A DNA stretch of 63,331 nt, the filler included, from Octopus bimaculoides (lineage: Eukaryota): NCBI RefSeq assembly GCF_001194135.2. It is 8 parts of 6 records of this genome, joined end to end, with 100 filler letters (N's around TTAATTAATTAA, not from the genome) between each part and the next. Parts side by side here need not be neighbours in the genome. Positions count along the whole stretch, not along the records: positions 1 to 12,691 come from NC_068989.1; 7 more parts are not named here. One strand, given 5' to 3'. The position numbers and the translations under genes were made by a program. Of this stretch, positions 1 to 11,917 are shown in pieces. The stretch's first letter is position 1. Each line of letters begins with the position of its first letter. Under the pieces are notes generated by a model. It saw only the letters and a program-made list of their open reading frames with translations, was not told where the DNA came from and made no database searches.

Positions 1-540
1 ATATATGATGGTTGTCTACTCCTTATGCAGAGTTTGACCACCTCCTGTACCTTCATCTTAGCACCATCATGGCATCTGATGTGGCTTTTTAAACCAGACA
101 ATGTTCTGAAAAGACACCCACACAGATTACACATCTAATTTGGACTAACAAAAGCTGCATATAAGTCCTGATCTTTGTGTATCTTAAATGTCTTTTGAGG
201 CCTCCGTTGGACTTGCAAAGCTTCTGGCATACACTGCATTCAAAGGTGTGCACAGACATATAGGCAGAATAGTTGGTGGAGGTTCCTTTTCCATGTGTTT
301 GCATATGAGATTTGAGCCTGACTAAAGACAGGCATGGTCTGTTACAGGCTGTACACACAAAAAGGTCATTGTCATTCACCTTCTCGGTCGTTACATTCTT
401 CCTTAGATCTCTTTTGAATCTTAGATGCATTATCCTGGCCTCTTTAAATGCTTTCACTCCACTCCACACTTTTGTTTGCCATCCAACTTGATCCGAAGCA
501 AGGATCCATCCTTATGGATCCATTCTAAGTGACTTCATAG
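1..540 (-). mobile_element. 3' end of an RTE-clade LINE ORF2 with three tandem C2H2 zinc fingers (decayed)
   Basis: Minus strand reads ...GWILASDQVGWQTKVWSGVKAFKEARIMHLRFKRDLRK, matching the typical RTE C-terminus (W..LA.DR..WR..V..G...FEE.R). It is followed by CTACNRPCLSLVRLKSHMQTH, CSVCQKLCKSNGGLKRHLR and a frameshifted third finger (C..C-GCLFRTLSGLKSHIRCH). Stops and frameshifts are present. Confidence 0.75.
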
Positions 541-1107
541 TATATATATATGAATATACATATACATACATATATGTGTCACATAGCTAGCTAGANNNNN
601 NNNNNNNNNNNNNNNNNNNNNNNNNNNNNNNNNNNNNNNNNNNNNNNNNNNNNNNNNNNNNNNNNNNNNNNNNNNNNNNNNNNNNNNNNNNNNNNNNNNN
701 NNNNNNNNNNNNNNNNNNNNNNNNNNNNNNNNNNNNNNNNNNNNNNNNNNNNNNNNNNNNNNNNNNNNNNNNNNNNNNNNNNNNNNNNNNNNNNNNNNNN
801 NNNNNNNNNNNNNNNNNNNNNNNNNNNNNNNNNNNNNNNNNNNNNNNNNNNNNNNNNNNNNNNNNNNNNNNNNNNNNNNNNNNNNNNNNNNNNNNNNNNN
901 NNNNNNNNNNNNNNNNNNNNNNNNNNNNNNNNNNNNNNNNNNNNNNNNNNNNNNNNNNNNNNNNNNNNNNNNNNNNNNNNNNNNNNNNNNNNNNNNNNNN
1001 NNNNNNNNNNNNNNNNNNNNNNNNNNNNNNNNNNNNNNNNNNNNNNNNNNNNNNNNNNNNNNNNNNNNNNNNNNNNNNNNNNNNNNNNNNNNNNNNNNNN
1101 NNNNNNN

Positions 1108-1147
<40 letters not shown>

Positions 1148-2315
1148 TATATATATATAGATATATCAAAATATATATGTGAAGAGAGAGAGAGAGAAAG
1201 GAAGGGGGATAAATCTGTGAAACATGTAACATGCTTTGATAATCATCATAGAAAAACATTAACACTAGAAAAGAATTTTAACTCCAAATAATCTTTTATT
1301 TGGTCAGCAATAAGAACTTGTGAGTAAATCAAAGTTTTATTGCAAAAATGAGAAACAGGGACAGAATGATCAACCTTTCTGTGATTAATGGCTGATTAGT
1401 TCTAACGACCTCTGAGCAAGGAATATTCATCTTTGTTTCAATAGCTCATGAGAAGAGTTCAGTTGAATAGTAGGAATGAATTAAACGCTAGTTACACTAA
1501 CAAAAAACCCGAAGAAAATATAGTACTTCTATTAAGTACAGGAGTGAACTTTGTCTCTGTAAGGACTGAACTATTGGTAATTAAGTTCAGGCGAGGTATA
1601 CAAATCATTCTGCCTTTCCATCAGGCTAGTTATGGCTCTCTTCTCAATAGTAGTTTATTGTTTTAATTCTTTTAACAGTTTTAGCTTTTGGACATCACTG
1701 TGAAAAATATAATCAATTATATGGACCTGAGTACTTGACTAGTACTTTATTTTATTGAAAGATGAAAGGCGAAGCCAAACTGGGTAGGATTTGAACCCAG
1801 TATACTGAGAAATGTAACCAAATAATGCAAACTATTTTGTCCTACAGTTTATCAATTCTGCAAATCCACTGCTCTTAAAATGTGAAACCCAAATATGATA
1901 CATTAATAACTACTATACAGAAAAGAAAAGGTCAAATAAAAGTCTACAATATCATATAAATGTCATCCCATAAAAAACTGAAATGTTTATTTGCAGATTT
2001 ATGGTAGGGCGGGATGTAATGGAGAAAAAATAGAATGAAATGAGAAGCTCTGGTCATTGTCGATAACATTATGAACAGCTACATATCACAGGTCAAAGAA
2101 TAAATCAATAACAATAATAAAACTAACACAAAAAACAACAACACAAATAAGAGCATGCCACAGTGTGAGGATTGCAGCCCAGTTAGAGGAGCAGGTGGTG
2201 GTGGAAGAAGAAGAAGAACTGGTAAAAGTTGTCAGACAGTTGTAGTAGTAGTAGACACCTTCGTTTCAATTTCATCACCAAAAGACTGGGACTGAGTTAC
2301 ATCAAAGTGTATAAC

Positions 2316-2462
2316 CTCCGCTTGCTCCTCCTCCTGCAGCTGCTGCTGTTGTTGAAGGTGTGGCGGAGGTGGTGGTGACTGCATCATCCCTGTGGAAGAG
2401 TTATCAGGATGGTGGGGGCTACCATTTTGCTGTAGTAGTCTATTGCTACTTTGAGGGGTCTG
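2316..2462 (-). CDS. ATP6V0A1: Probable V-ATPase V0 subunit a exon encoding the variable cytosolic loop (QTPQSSNRLL...LQEEEQAE)
   Basis: Pyrimidine-rich acceptor tttcttgccctcttgcag/CAG in phase 0, matching the phase-0 end of exon 7189-7290. The 49 codons end in an acidic EEEQAE, as expected before the FDFG exon. The donor GAG/gttata is weak, so the 3' boundary is uncertain. Confidence 0.55.
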
Positions 2463-2794
2463 CTGCAAGAGGGCAAGAAACATTGTTAATTAAAGCAAAA
2501 ATGATATTAAAATAGCTTCGCCAGGCACAGCAATAGCAACTAAAGCTGCTAGTTTTCATATTAAGAGTGAGTAATTTTGTTGATATGCAAACTGAATTTT
2601 GCATAGCTACCTACAAATAAGAAATCATATGTTTTGCTTCTGTTTTCTTCATGTATAGGAACTGCAATTTTAATACTTATTTAAGAATTTTACAAATAAT
2701 TTTCCATAAATTTAGAGGTAATTCGTAGGAGGAAATTTCTGGAACATAAAATCAAAACAATAAAGAACTACAAAATCAGTATCAATTTTCAATG

Positions 2795-2905
2795 ATACAG
2801 TTCTATATTTAAGAGATGAGGAATTATATACATTATTTACATTTGACGTTGTGTTAACAGCAAACAAGATGAGGACAAATATCCATCAAATGTAAATAAT
2901 GTAAA
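2795..2905. mobile_element. Rearranged (inverted) fragment of the hammerhead-SINE 3' tail
   Basis: Tail in minus orientation (2795-2848) fused to a tail in plus orientation starting at ACGTTGTGTTAAC. Confidence 0.65.
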
Positions 2906-3094
2906 TTTTCAATGAGTTAAAAAGAAAACAAAAAAGAGAGAACAATACGAAATAAAGCTAAGATTTTAAAACTAATACTTTGGAGAAAATATCAATAAAA
3001 TGTATTCTGAAAAGTAGAAAGTTCTGCTATTTTCAAGAATTCATGGACATATATACTTATATGTGGTCTAAGTATATAGACTGTTGCCATATAT

Positions 3095-3405
3095 GTGGTC
3101 TAAGTTTATGGACTGTTGCCATAGTAATGAAGCTAAAGCATGCAGAGCGAAGCCACTTGGCACAGATTGACCTTGAGCTCAGCTGTGCATGGACACTAAG
3201 TTTTAATATTCTAGCTCACTTCTGCTGTTTACAGCAGTGCATGGAACAAAGGTGTGTAGCGTGTGATTGTTGCACTGACCACGAAATGGGAAGTTGAGCA
3301 GAGAATCTGCATCAAATTTTGCCAAAAGCTTGGCGATACCTGCTCAGAGGTCTACGCAAAGTTTTCAAAACGTTTTCATCATTCTCGACACAATAAAGGA
3401 GATCT
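3095..3405 (+). mobile_element. Mariner 5' end fragment
   Basis: Encodes EQRICIKFCQKLGDTCSEVYAK, a mariner N-terminus. Inverted copy of 3920-4125. Confidence 0.7.
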
Positions 3406-3497
3406 TGCAGATTTATGGTAGGGCGGGATGTAATGGAGAAAAAATAGAATGAAATGAGAAGCTCTGGTCATTGTCGATAACATTATGAACAGCTACT

Positions 3498-4146
3498 TTG
3501 TCAAGTGGCTTCACCCTGCATGCTTTAGCTTTGTTACTATGGCAACAGTCCAGACACTTATTGATCAGACCTTGTATATTTAGAAATACACACACACACA
3601 GCTGAAAGTAGTTTTAGCACAAACTTAGCAGAAACACATTTCATACCCAAATCTTCAGCGATAATGGACTAAACTGAACTGTAACTAATCTGCACATCCT
3701 CTGATAACTCATGGATGGTGATTCAATGATTTCCCCTCACAGCTGCACATACATCTGTGATGTTTTTCTCAGTTCTGCTGATTGTGGTTCTCTCAGAACG
3801 TTTGTCAATATCAACATTTTTCCAGCCATCTTCGAAACATTTGAACCACTCGTACACTTGTGTGTGGCTCATACACTCCTCTGCATACACTTTCTACAAC
3901 TCTGCATAGGCCTCTGAGCACGTATCACCATGACAACTTTCTCTGTCATGGTTAATGTGACAATCACACGCTACACACCTTCCTTCCAAGCACTGCTGTA
4001 AACAGCAGAAGTGAGCTAGAATGTTAAAATTTAGTGCGCATGCACAGCAGAGTTCAAAGTCAACCTTTGTCAAGTTGCTTCACCCTGCATGCTTTAGCTT
4101 TGTTACTATGGCAACAGTCCAGACACTTATTGATCAGACCTTGTAT
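3498..4146 (-). mobile_element. Mariner 5' half (TIR + HTH region), with a duplicated TIR segment
   Basis: TIR TACAAGGTCTGATCAATAAGTGTCTGGACTG ends near 4144 and again near 3576. Decayed translation: GDTCSEAYAEL*KVYAEECMSHTQVYEWFKCFEDGWKNVDIDKRS...ITIHELSEDVQIS...EDLGMKCVSAKFV. Confidence 0.8.
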
Positions 4147-4649
4147 ATTTAGAAATACACACACACACAAATATACATATTGCACATATAAATGTAATTA
4201 AAGTGGAATAAGTTTCATGCATGGCACTTATCAAACTAACTTTAAAAATCAAGTTCTGTCATTATTTAGTAAAAATTAAATTTTTCTGGAATGTTCAAAA
4301 ATTATTATTGGAGGGTCACATGATATTCAATAAATTTTAGAATCTGGCTTTAAACAAAAAGTGAGGGTAAGAGAAAACTAGAATAAAATATAATCATACA
4401 TATAATATGCACACATACACAGTACAAATATACAAAACTGAAATAGAACTTCAATTTGAACAATACATACCAGCCAACCCTGATCATAAGATGTTCTGAA
4501 AATGTGTGTATTTGAAAGAGAAGCCTCACCTTCTAGTCAGCCCTCTCCACAATCCCCACCATAGGTCACGTTACTGATAATCTTGAAGAATGCATAGAAC
4601 TTATTACCACATGGCTGGCATTTTTCCAGTTGAAAATCTGAATGTACCA

Positions 4650-5700
4650 TCTTCACTTCTACTAATACTAAATTCCATAACACCTATTGAATTTATTCCT
4701 ACAATGCTGTGATGACACCTCAAACATATGCACAACTGTGCTTCCTTTAGTCTTGATGGTGTTACTGTTTCTCAAATGAGATGGCCTTTTGTATTGCACC
4801 AATTCTCTAATTTGTCTTCTAATTCTTTGTTACCACAGAACAGTGAAAAATCGCCAGCATCATTCCCCAGTCCAAAAAGGGTAACTGCACATCACCTGTC
4901 AATAATCATCCAGTCTCACTTGCTATATCGTCATATTAGAGCCCTGTGTCAGGAAGACACCCTGGAACTATCATAACCTTATTCAATCATCAAATTTGGA
5001 TTTACCCACTAACTCAAACCAACTCACTGAATTTCTTGAAGACATCACTTGAATCACAGATGATGGTTAATAGGTGGATGTTATTTATCTTGACTAATCA
5101 AAGCCTTTAAATATGTGTCACATGAACAACTTATGGTGGAGCTCTCTGCAGTGGGCATGAGGACTAATCTTTTATAACTGGTTGAAGTCTTTCGTTCTCA
5201 GTAAAAAATAAGTAGCCATAGTATTAGGACACTCTATGCACATCTGGGGATCTATTCTTGGTCTTCTGTTGTTTTTTGCTTATTAATGAAATATCAATCC
5301 AAAGCATGTTAGTGTGTTGAAATATGCAGACAACATTAATCTGTACCTCAAAATAAAAAGAACAGATCCTATATGCAACTGATCTTTCCTGTATTCTGAC
5401 TTGGATACAATGCATTACTAACTGCCAACACAAGCTAGTTATAGACAAATGCACCATTATACATTCTGGGAGTGAAAACTCAGAATTTATCAACTCCTTA
5501 CACAACATCAGCCATAAGAAGTCTGCCAATGAATGTGACCTAAGCATTATTCTTAGCAATAATCTGCACTGGATGAACCACATTTCAAAAATTGTCAAAA
5601 ATGCTGCAGGTGTTTTAGCATCAGTTAGTAAGACCTTGCCATCTGTTCACCAGTTATCTATTTAAAGCTATATATGGCTATGCTACATGAACACAAAGTT
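4650..5700 (+). mobile_element. Highly decayed CR1/L2-group LINE reverse transcriptase in a V-ATPase intron
   Basis: Remnants KKGNCTSPVNNHPVSL, VDVIYLD*SKAF..VSHEQL and LSNNLHWMNHISKIVKNAAGVL. Confidence 0.65.
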
Positions 5701-6318
5701 TGCATTTCAATTCTCATACCCCAAGAATATTTATCTACTAAAGATGTGCCACAAAGCATACATTATCTGCTTTTCACTTACTATATCTTAACATATTGCT
5801 TCTCTGGGTATCAACACATTTAAGTTTCAACATCTAGCAACTGACAACAATTTTGGCAGCCTGGTTGAATTCAATACCTCTAATACCTAAGGATACTTAT
5901 AGAATCAAAAACAATGCAGCAGCCATCATTTTCAGAAAATTTCTTCATGCCCAGAATTGTCAAAGTATGGAATAAACTATCCATGTCAATTGTTAGCTGT
6001 CAGGACACTGTATCCTTAAATAATTCCATGTTTCCTGAAATTTAGCAACACTACTCTTGACATTACTTGGCACCCTTTCCTCTTTATAACTCTTTTACAG
6101 TTCACTTTTCTGCCTTACTGTGTACTGTGCAAGTATTTCTAGCCTTCATTGCTGTCTTTACTTGATTTATATGACTGTTTTCTATCCCCTCTTCAACTCT
6201 TTTCCAACCAGTTGTAGTGCACATGAGCACTGTGTACAATAAGCTCATCATCATTATGATTTGCATATAACACATATATATATGCACATACATATATACA
6301 TGTTTGCATATATATGCG

Positions 6319-6365
<47 letters not shown>

Positions 6366-6503
6366 GCATATACATATATATATATTCACACACACTCATA
6401 TACACACAACATATGCATATGTACATAAGCATATACATGGATAAAAGTATATAGTTATACATACACGTAGCTATATATATATTTTTACATACATACATAT
6501 ACA

Positions 6504-6535
<32 letters not shown>

Positions 6536-6695
6536 CACAGGTTTACATATAAGTATATAAAAATATATATGAAGTATATTATTTTTTTCTTATAGTTACA
6601 TAATGTCTTACATCCCACTTCTACTTTAATGTGGATGCATATGTAAACAGGTGTACATATATGTATATACATATGTGTGTATGTAATATGTGTGA

Positions 6696-6754
<59 letters not shown>

Positions 6755-6985
6755 CTGGAGTAAGCACATAAATGTGCAACAAGGTGGAAAAAAGAGTACT
6801 CAAATACCAGAGGTAGAGTAATATGCTTTATTTAAAAGCAGCAGAAATATAACAAAAAGCTGTTACTCAGAGTTTCACGTTTCCATTCATCGCACAGTTT
6901 CGTTAGATTTCTAACAAAACTATCCAATGAACAGGAACATGAAACTCTGAGTAACAACTTTTTGTTATATTTCTGCTGCTTTTAA

Positions 6986-7044
<59 letters not shown>

Positions 7045-7188
7045 TATGTATATATGATGGGACTGATGTCTACATGTACATACTTGTTTGTATTGATTCA
7101 TATTTTCAAGCTTAAAAGTTTTTGTTCATCTATCATAAGACATAATACAGAAGGAAAAATAGATTTACATTATAAAACTAATGCTTAC

Positions 7189-7290
7189 CTGTTGTGCCAT
7201 GTGCTTCTTTTTAAGCAGATAAGGTTTTACCAACAACATCCATGGCACGCAAAGAAAAGCTACCACCACTAAAAATCCTTGGAAACCAGG
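7189..7290 (-). CDS. ATP6V0A1: V-ATPase V0 subunit a exon (PGFQGFLVVVAFLCVPWMLLVKPYLLKKKHMAQQ)
   Basis: Acceptor ttttactcag and donor CAG/gtaag, 102 bp in phase 0/0. Matches the conserved Q..LV..A..CVPWMLL.KP motif. Paralog assignment is not resolved. Confidence 0.95.
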
Positions 7291-7639
7291 CTGAGTAAAA
7301 GAAAATTAGCAAATATTACACAAACATGTTGAATATAAAAGAATTAAATTAAATATAAAATTAAACTATTTTATACAAATAAGATTTTTTTAACCCTTTT
7401 GTTACAATATTTCTGTTGAAATATGTTGCTCTTGCTTCAGTTGATTTTTAAAATAATGAAGATTTTAGTAAAATAACACAGTGTAACAAAATTTTTATTT
7501 TTTTCATCTCTTTGGATAGTGAGTATTATTTCTTATTTGCTTCTATCTGGAAATCAAAGGCAATAACTATTCCCTTTAAACTTTGCCTTTGTGACCTGGA
7601 CATCAATGTTTTGAAACTGACCTATTTTTCATTATGTTT

Positions 7640-7850
7640 CAGACAGATTCAGTGCTGGGTTGCTGAAGCAGAAATATTGTCATATCAAATATTCTGCTCA
7701 ATATCACAGATTTGCTTGTCAGTTGCTTGACCATAACTACTTGAGCATGTCCCTTAGTGGTTGACAACATGTGCATCTCTGACCATGAGCAGGAGTAGTG
7801 GGGGAGCATCAGAGCCATGTCTTGAGAGGGATCCTACGGAGTTTGAATAA
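7640..7850 (-). repeat. Partial copy of the ~560-bp dispersed repeat (family D)
   Basis: Reverse complement of the segment gatcagagatgcacat...gcagaatatttgctgtag seen at 22053 and 59923. Confidence 0.6.
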
Positions 7851-8769
7851 ATGTAACAAAAGCAAAGTTTGAAGGAAATATTAGCCATTTTTCATACTTT
7901 CTAGGGGTAAGCAAATAGGGAATAATAGTTGCTACCAAAGGACAAAAATCGTGCTACAGTGTAATCTTTTATTAGAAAACAGGTGTTTAGAATGAAAGTT
8001 AGCACAAATGTTTGATGGAAGGTTTTAAATTAGATCACTTTAAAGAATGAAGTTTGCATCATAGAACCAGAGGTGGCCTCATGTGGGTTGGTATCAAAAG
8101 GGTTAAACTAATAAATTTTGTTTGTTTCCTTCACCAATGTCTGTTAAACTTGTAAAATGGTGTTGGAGTATTTATATGAAAATAATATTTTCTGCATAAC
8201 TTCAATATTCAATAATCTTTTCTTCACATAGATACACCTAATATAACAATGTATACTAGTGAGTTGACAGAAACAATTCCAATAACACTAGATTCATAAT
8301 CTTCTTTCAAGCTTATCTTCAACAGGTATAAGTTAATTCTTTTACGAAACAAAAAGATTTATAAGGCTAGCACTTGAAATTCATTTTTCATTCTGTTAAG
8401 TAGATGAGAATCAGTTGTGAAGTGTTACCTGTGATAAACTAAAGACTATACCTCATGGCTAGGTCAAGGACTCAGTTACATACAACTGAGTAGCTGTTCT
8501 ATATTTTTTATTTGTTTCAGTTAATACACTGAAGCCATGCCGGAGCATGACCTTGAAGAATATTTAAACAAATGAATTGACCCCAGTACTTTTTTTTANN
8601 NNNNNNNNNNNNNNNNNNNNNNNNNNNNNNNNNNNNNNNNNNNNNNNNNNNNNNNNNNNNNNNNNNNNNNNNNNNNNNNNNNNNNNNNNNNNNNNNNNNN
8701 NNNNNNNNNNNNNNNNNNNNNNNNNNNNNNNNNNNNNNNNNNNNNNNNNNNNNNNNNNNNNNNNNNNNN

Positions 8770-8810
<41 letters not shown>

Positions 8811-8824
8811 TACATATATATAAA

Positions 8825-8975
8825 ATGGGCATCTTTCAGTTTCTGTCTATCAAATCCACTTTGGTTGGCTCAAGGTTATAGCAGAAGCGACCTGCCCAAA
8901 GTGCCATACAGTGGGACTGAACTCAGAACAATGTGGTTGGAAAGCAAGCTTTTGACCACACAGCTGCATCTGCAC
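8825..8975 (-). mobile_element. SINE family B fragment
   Basis: Reverse complement of gtggtcaaaagcttgctttccaaccacattgttctgagttcagtcccactgtatggcactttgggcagg. Confidence 0.7.
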
Positions 8976-9004
8976 CTGTTAAGAGATATATTTCAGTAAA
9001 AAAT

Positions 9005-9260
9005 AGATAACTGTGCAGGTGGCATGTAAAATACACCATTTCGAGCGTAGCCGTTGCCAGTACCCACCTGACTGACCCTCGTACCGGTGGTACGTAAAAG
9101 CATCCACTACACTCTCGGATTGGTTGGCGTTAGGAAGGGCATCTAGCTGTAGAAACTCTGCCAAAATCAGATTGGAGCTTGGTGTCGCCTCCTGGTCCAC
9201 CAGTCCTCAGTCAAATCGTCCAACCCATGCTAGCATGGAAAGCAGACGTTAAACGACGAT
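9005..9260 (+). mobile_element. RTE-related SINE fragment
   Basis: Contains ggcgttaggaagggcatctagctgtagaaa and ends ccaacccatgctagcatggaaagcagacgttaaacgacgat. A degenerate relative lies at ~10390-10550. Confidence 0.55.
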
Positions 9261-9396
9261 AGACAACAAAATACACATATCTTCCACAAACTGGAAGCCC
9301 AACACTTCATCTACTCAGCTATTTTACTTCATGAATGATGAGGATTTAAACTCAAATCAAATAGTTTTAGATAGCTTGCATTTATGATATACATAC

Positions 9397-9467
9397 CTGA
9401 CCAGAGTAAAATGGTTTCTCATATAAAGGAGTATCCGGATATTTAAAAAGGAACATATTAATTAAAC
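9397..9467 (-). CDS. ATP6V0A1: V-ATPase V0 subunit a exon ((G)LINMFLFKYPDTPLYEKPFYSGQ)
   Basis: AG acceptor and CAG/gtatgt donor, 71 bp in phase 1/0. Matches the conserved INMFLF...Y.GQ motif. Confidence 0.93.
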
Positions 9468-10663
9468 CTAAAATAAAAAGTAAATAAATAAAATTAATCA
9501 AGATATTACAAAGAAGATTATTTACTGAAATATGCTTCTTTATCTCTATAACTATCAATAAGTCCATTCTATTGCAGCTAAAAAAGAAATAAAATTTCTA
9601 TGCATAAGTTTTCTTTAAACTTGAGTAAAATAAATTGCATTAAGAATGCAATATTCTTAAAAATCCAAAGTTTCTTACTTCTTTTCCCCATTCATTATGT
9701 CTTTCCCCACAGTCTTACAACCTACTCAACCACATAACCCCTCCCTCACATTCTTACAACTTATTCAACCACATGTTATCTCCTGCTTTTTCCTTTCTCT
9801 CATCTTGTCTCTTTCTTCTGTCTACTGTGTCATTATTATTCAGCTGCTCTTCTCTCTCTTCCCATCGTATTTTCTGCACTGTCAGTCAGCTCCTCTCCCC
9901 TACTTCACCCCCAATTCATGCATCATTGGTCACCCATCACCTTCTTCACAACCCTACTCCATTTCTGCAGTTATCACCCTCTCTTCCCTACTTATCATCC
10001 CTCAACACTTGTTCTTTATAATATTCATCTCAATCCCAATCTCTAACCATCTCACTCTCTCTCATACACACCTGCAACCTTAACCCATGCACACATCCTG
10101 TTCTGTTCCTACTAATTTCCACCTACCTTGTATTTTGAGGGCCCACCCTGACACCTCATCACTATATTTATCTCTTTCTAGCTCCAGCTTGGTCACTCCC
10201 ACCCTCTCTTCTGTAATATGAATAACTGTGTTGCTCCTCTACAGCAAGAAACCTATTTTTTCTAAATTTTTCTCTGCCATTATAACCTGTCGTCCCATAG
10301 CATAAAGGCATCACTTTCTATATTGTGGCCTAGTTTGTTTGAAGGGATTTTTGTCTTGCAGACTGCAAGCTAAGCTCACTAGGGATGATATCACAAAAAA
10401 AAAAAACTCCCTAAATCCTTAGTACATGCTGTAAAGTGGTTGGTGCTAGGAAGAGTAGGGACCATGCCAAAGTAGATATTGGTCTTCAGACACATAAGAT
10501 CCTATCACACCATTTAACTCATGGCAGCATGGAAACATGGGCTTTAAACAATGATTATACTGTGTCTAACAATTTGTCTAATATGATATGAAGATTAAAA
10601 ACACTTACTTTATAGTCCTCAGAAAGTAATAAAAACTGTTAGTATGTGTTCAAAGCTACTTAC

Positions 10664-10815
10664 CTATAAGTAAACTTGGTGCTGTACCGGCATTTGAGTA
10701 ATCAAAATGTGTCCACTTCACAAAAATCAAAATGACCAGATAACCAAACAAACAAGAGAGGAATATAATTTGAGGAATGAACTCACAAAATACATTCAAT
10801 GGTTTCTGGAAATAT
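10664..10815 (-). CDS. ATP6V0A1: V-ATPase V0 subunit a exon ([50 protein letters not shown])
   Basis: Acceptor ttttattgcag and donor AG/gtaagt, 152 bp in phase 2/1. Matches human a1 [34 protein letters not shown]...APSLLI. Confidence 0.97.
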
Positions 10816-11404
10816 CTGCAATAAAACAAAAAAGATTTTTGTACATTATGTTGGAGAAAATATACCCTACAACAATGTAAAGAGGGACGATTCATGAAAA
10901 AATTAAAATATTAGAAATGTCTTCACATTAGAAAATTACTGTTTTTTAATCTCACAACATGAGATATTCAGCAACAGTACTTTGTAGTAAAGATTGTTTG
11001 CCAACATAACATGGCAGTCCTCGTCTAGGACTAAACGTCTTCACATGTTATAGAGAATAATAACATATGAGTTTGATTTCAGATTGTGTTAAGATAGAAG
11101 TGAAATACAAAACTGGGATGGGTGTATGTATTTTCCATTATAGAAAATAAAGAATATATTAATTTCTGATTTTTTTTTTTTTAATACTTATTTCTTAACA
11201 GTAGTACATATATTATCAATAGTACTACAAGAAAAAATATTTTAAAAAATAGTAGCACTGATGAAAACAAGGAGCAAAACAAATAAAAAAAAAGAAGTAC
11301 CAAATGACTGCTGTTATGGTGGGATTTGGCAGGGCCAGACTATAGGGTGATTCTGAAAATAAGAATACATGCTTTGTAAGAATAAAAGCTATTACATATA
11401 TTAC

Positions 11405-11523
11405 CTGTGGTTTGATAAACTCAGGAAAACACCAAACATCATTTGAGACACACCAAGTATAATAGAAGTTTTCATCTTGAAAGAATTAGTGAAAGTGATT
11501 TTGTTCTGAGAGAACTGCCAAGC
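11405..11523 (-). CDS. ATP6V0A1: V-ATPase V0 subunit a exon ([39 protein letters not shown])
   Basis: Acceptor gttatttcag and donor CAG/gtaa, 119 bp in phase 0/2. Contains the hallmark NK..F.NSFKMK.S.ILG..QM.FG. Upstream exons were not found in the window; a scaffold join lies at 12692. Confidence 0.97.
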
Positions 11524-11524
11524 C

Positions 11525-11884
11525 TGAAATAACACAGTATAAAGAAAAAAAGTTGACCCCAATGGAATTTGAACTTAGAATGTAATGAATGAGTCAGAAG
11601 AAATACTGACAGGCCTTTTGGCAGATGCTCTTACAATTCTGCTAGCTTGCTGCCTTAATAATGACAACAATAATTCTTTCTGTTATAGGTACGAGGCCTG
11701 AAATTTTGGGGGAAGGGGTTAGTTTATTACATCAACCTCAGTGCATGACTGGTACTTATTTTATCAACCTCAAAAGGATAAAAGGCAAAGTTGATCTTGA
11801 CAGAATTTGAATCCAGAACATAAAGACAGACGAAATGCTACTAAACATTTTGTACATGTTAACGATGCTGCGAGCCTGCCACCT

Positions 11885-11885
<1 letters not shown>
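11525..11885 (-). mobile_element. Two SINE family A copies immediately upstream of the V-ATPase exon at 11523
   Basis: Reverse complement of the family core ctttgcctttcatcctttcggggtcgataaa..aagtacc. A further decayed copy lies at ~1722-1875. Confidence 0.65.

Positions 11886-11915
<30 letters not shown>

Positions 11916-11917
<2 letters not shown>

Noticed and set aside
89-469. Host C2H2 zinc-finger gene
   Set aside because: Continuous with RTE ORF2 C-terminal sequence, with stops and a frameshift and no splice structure.
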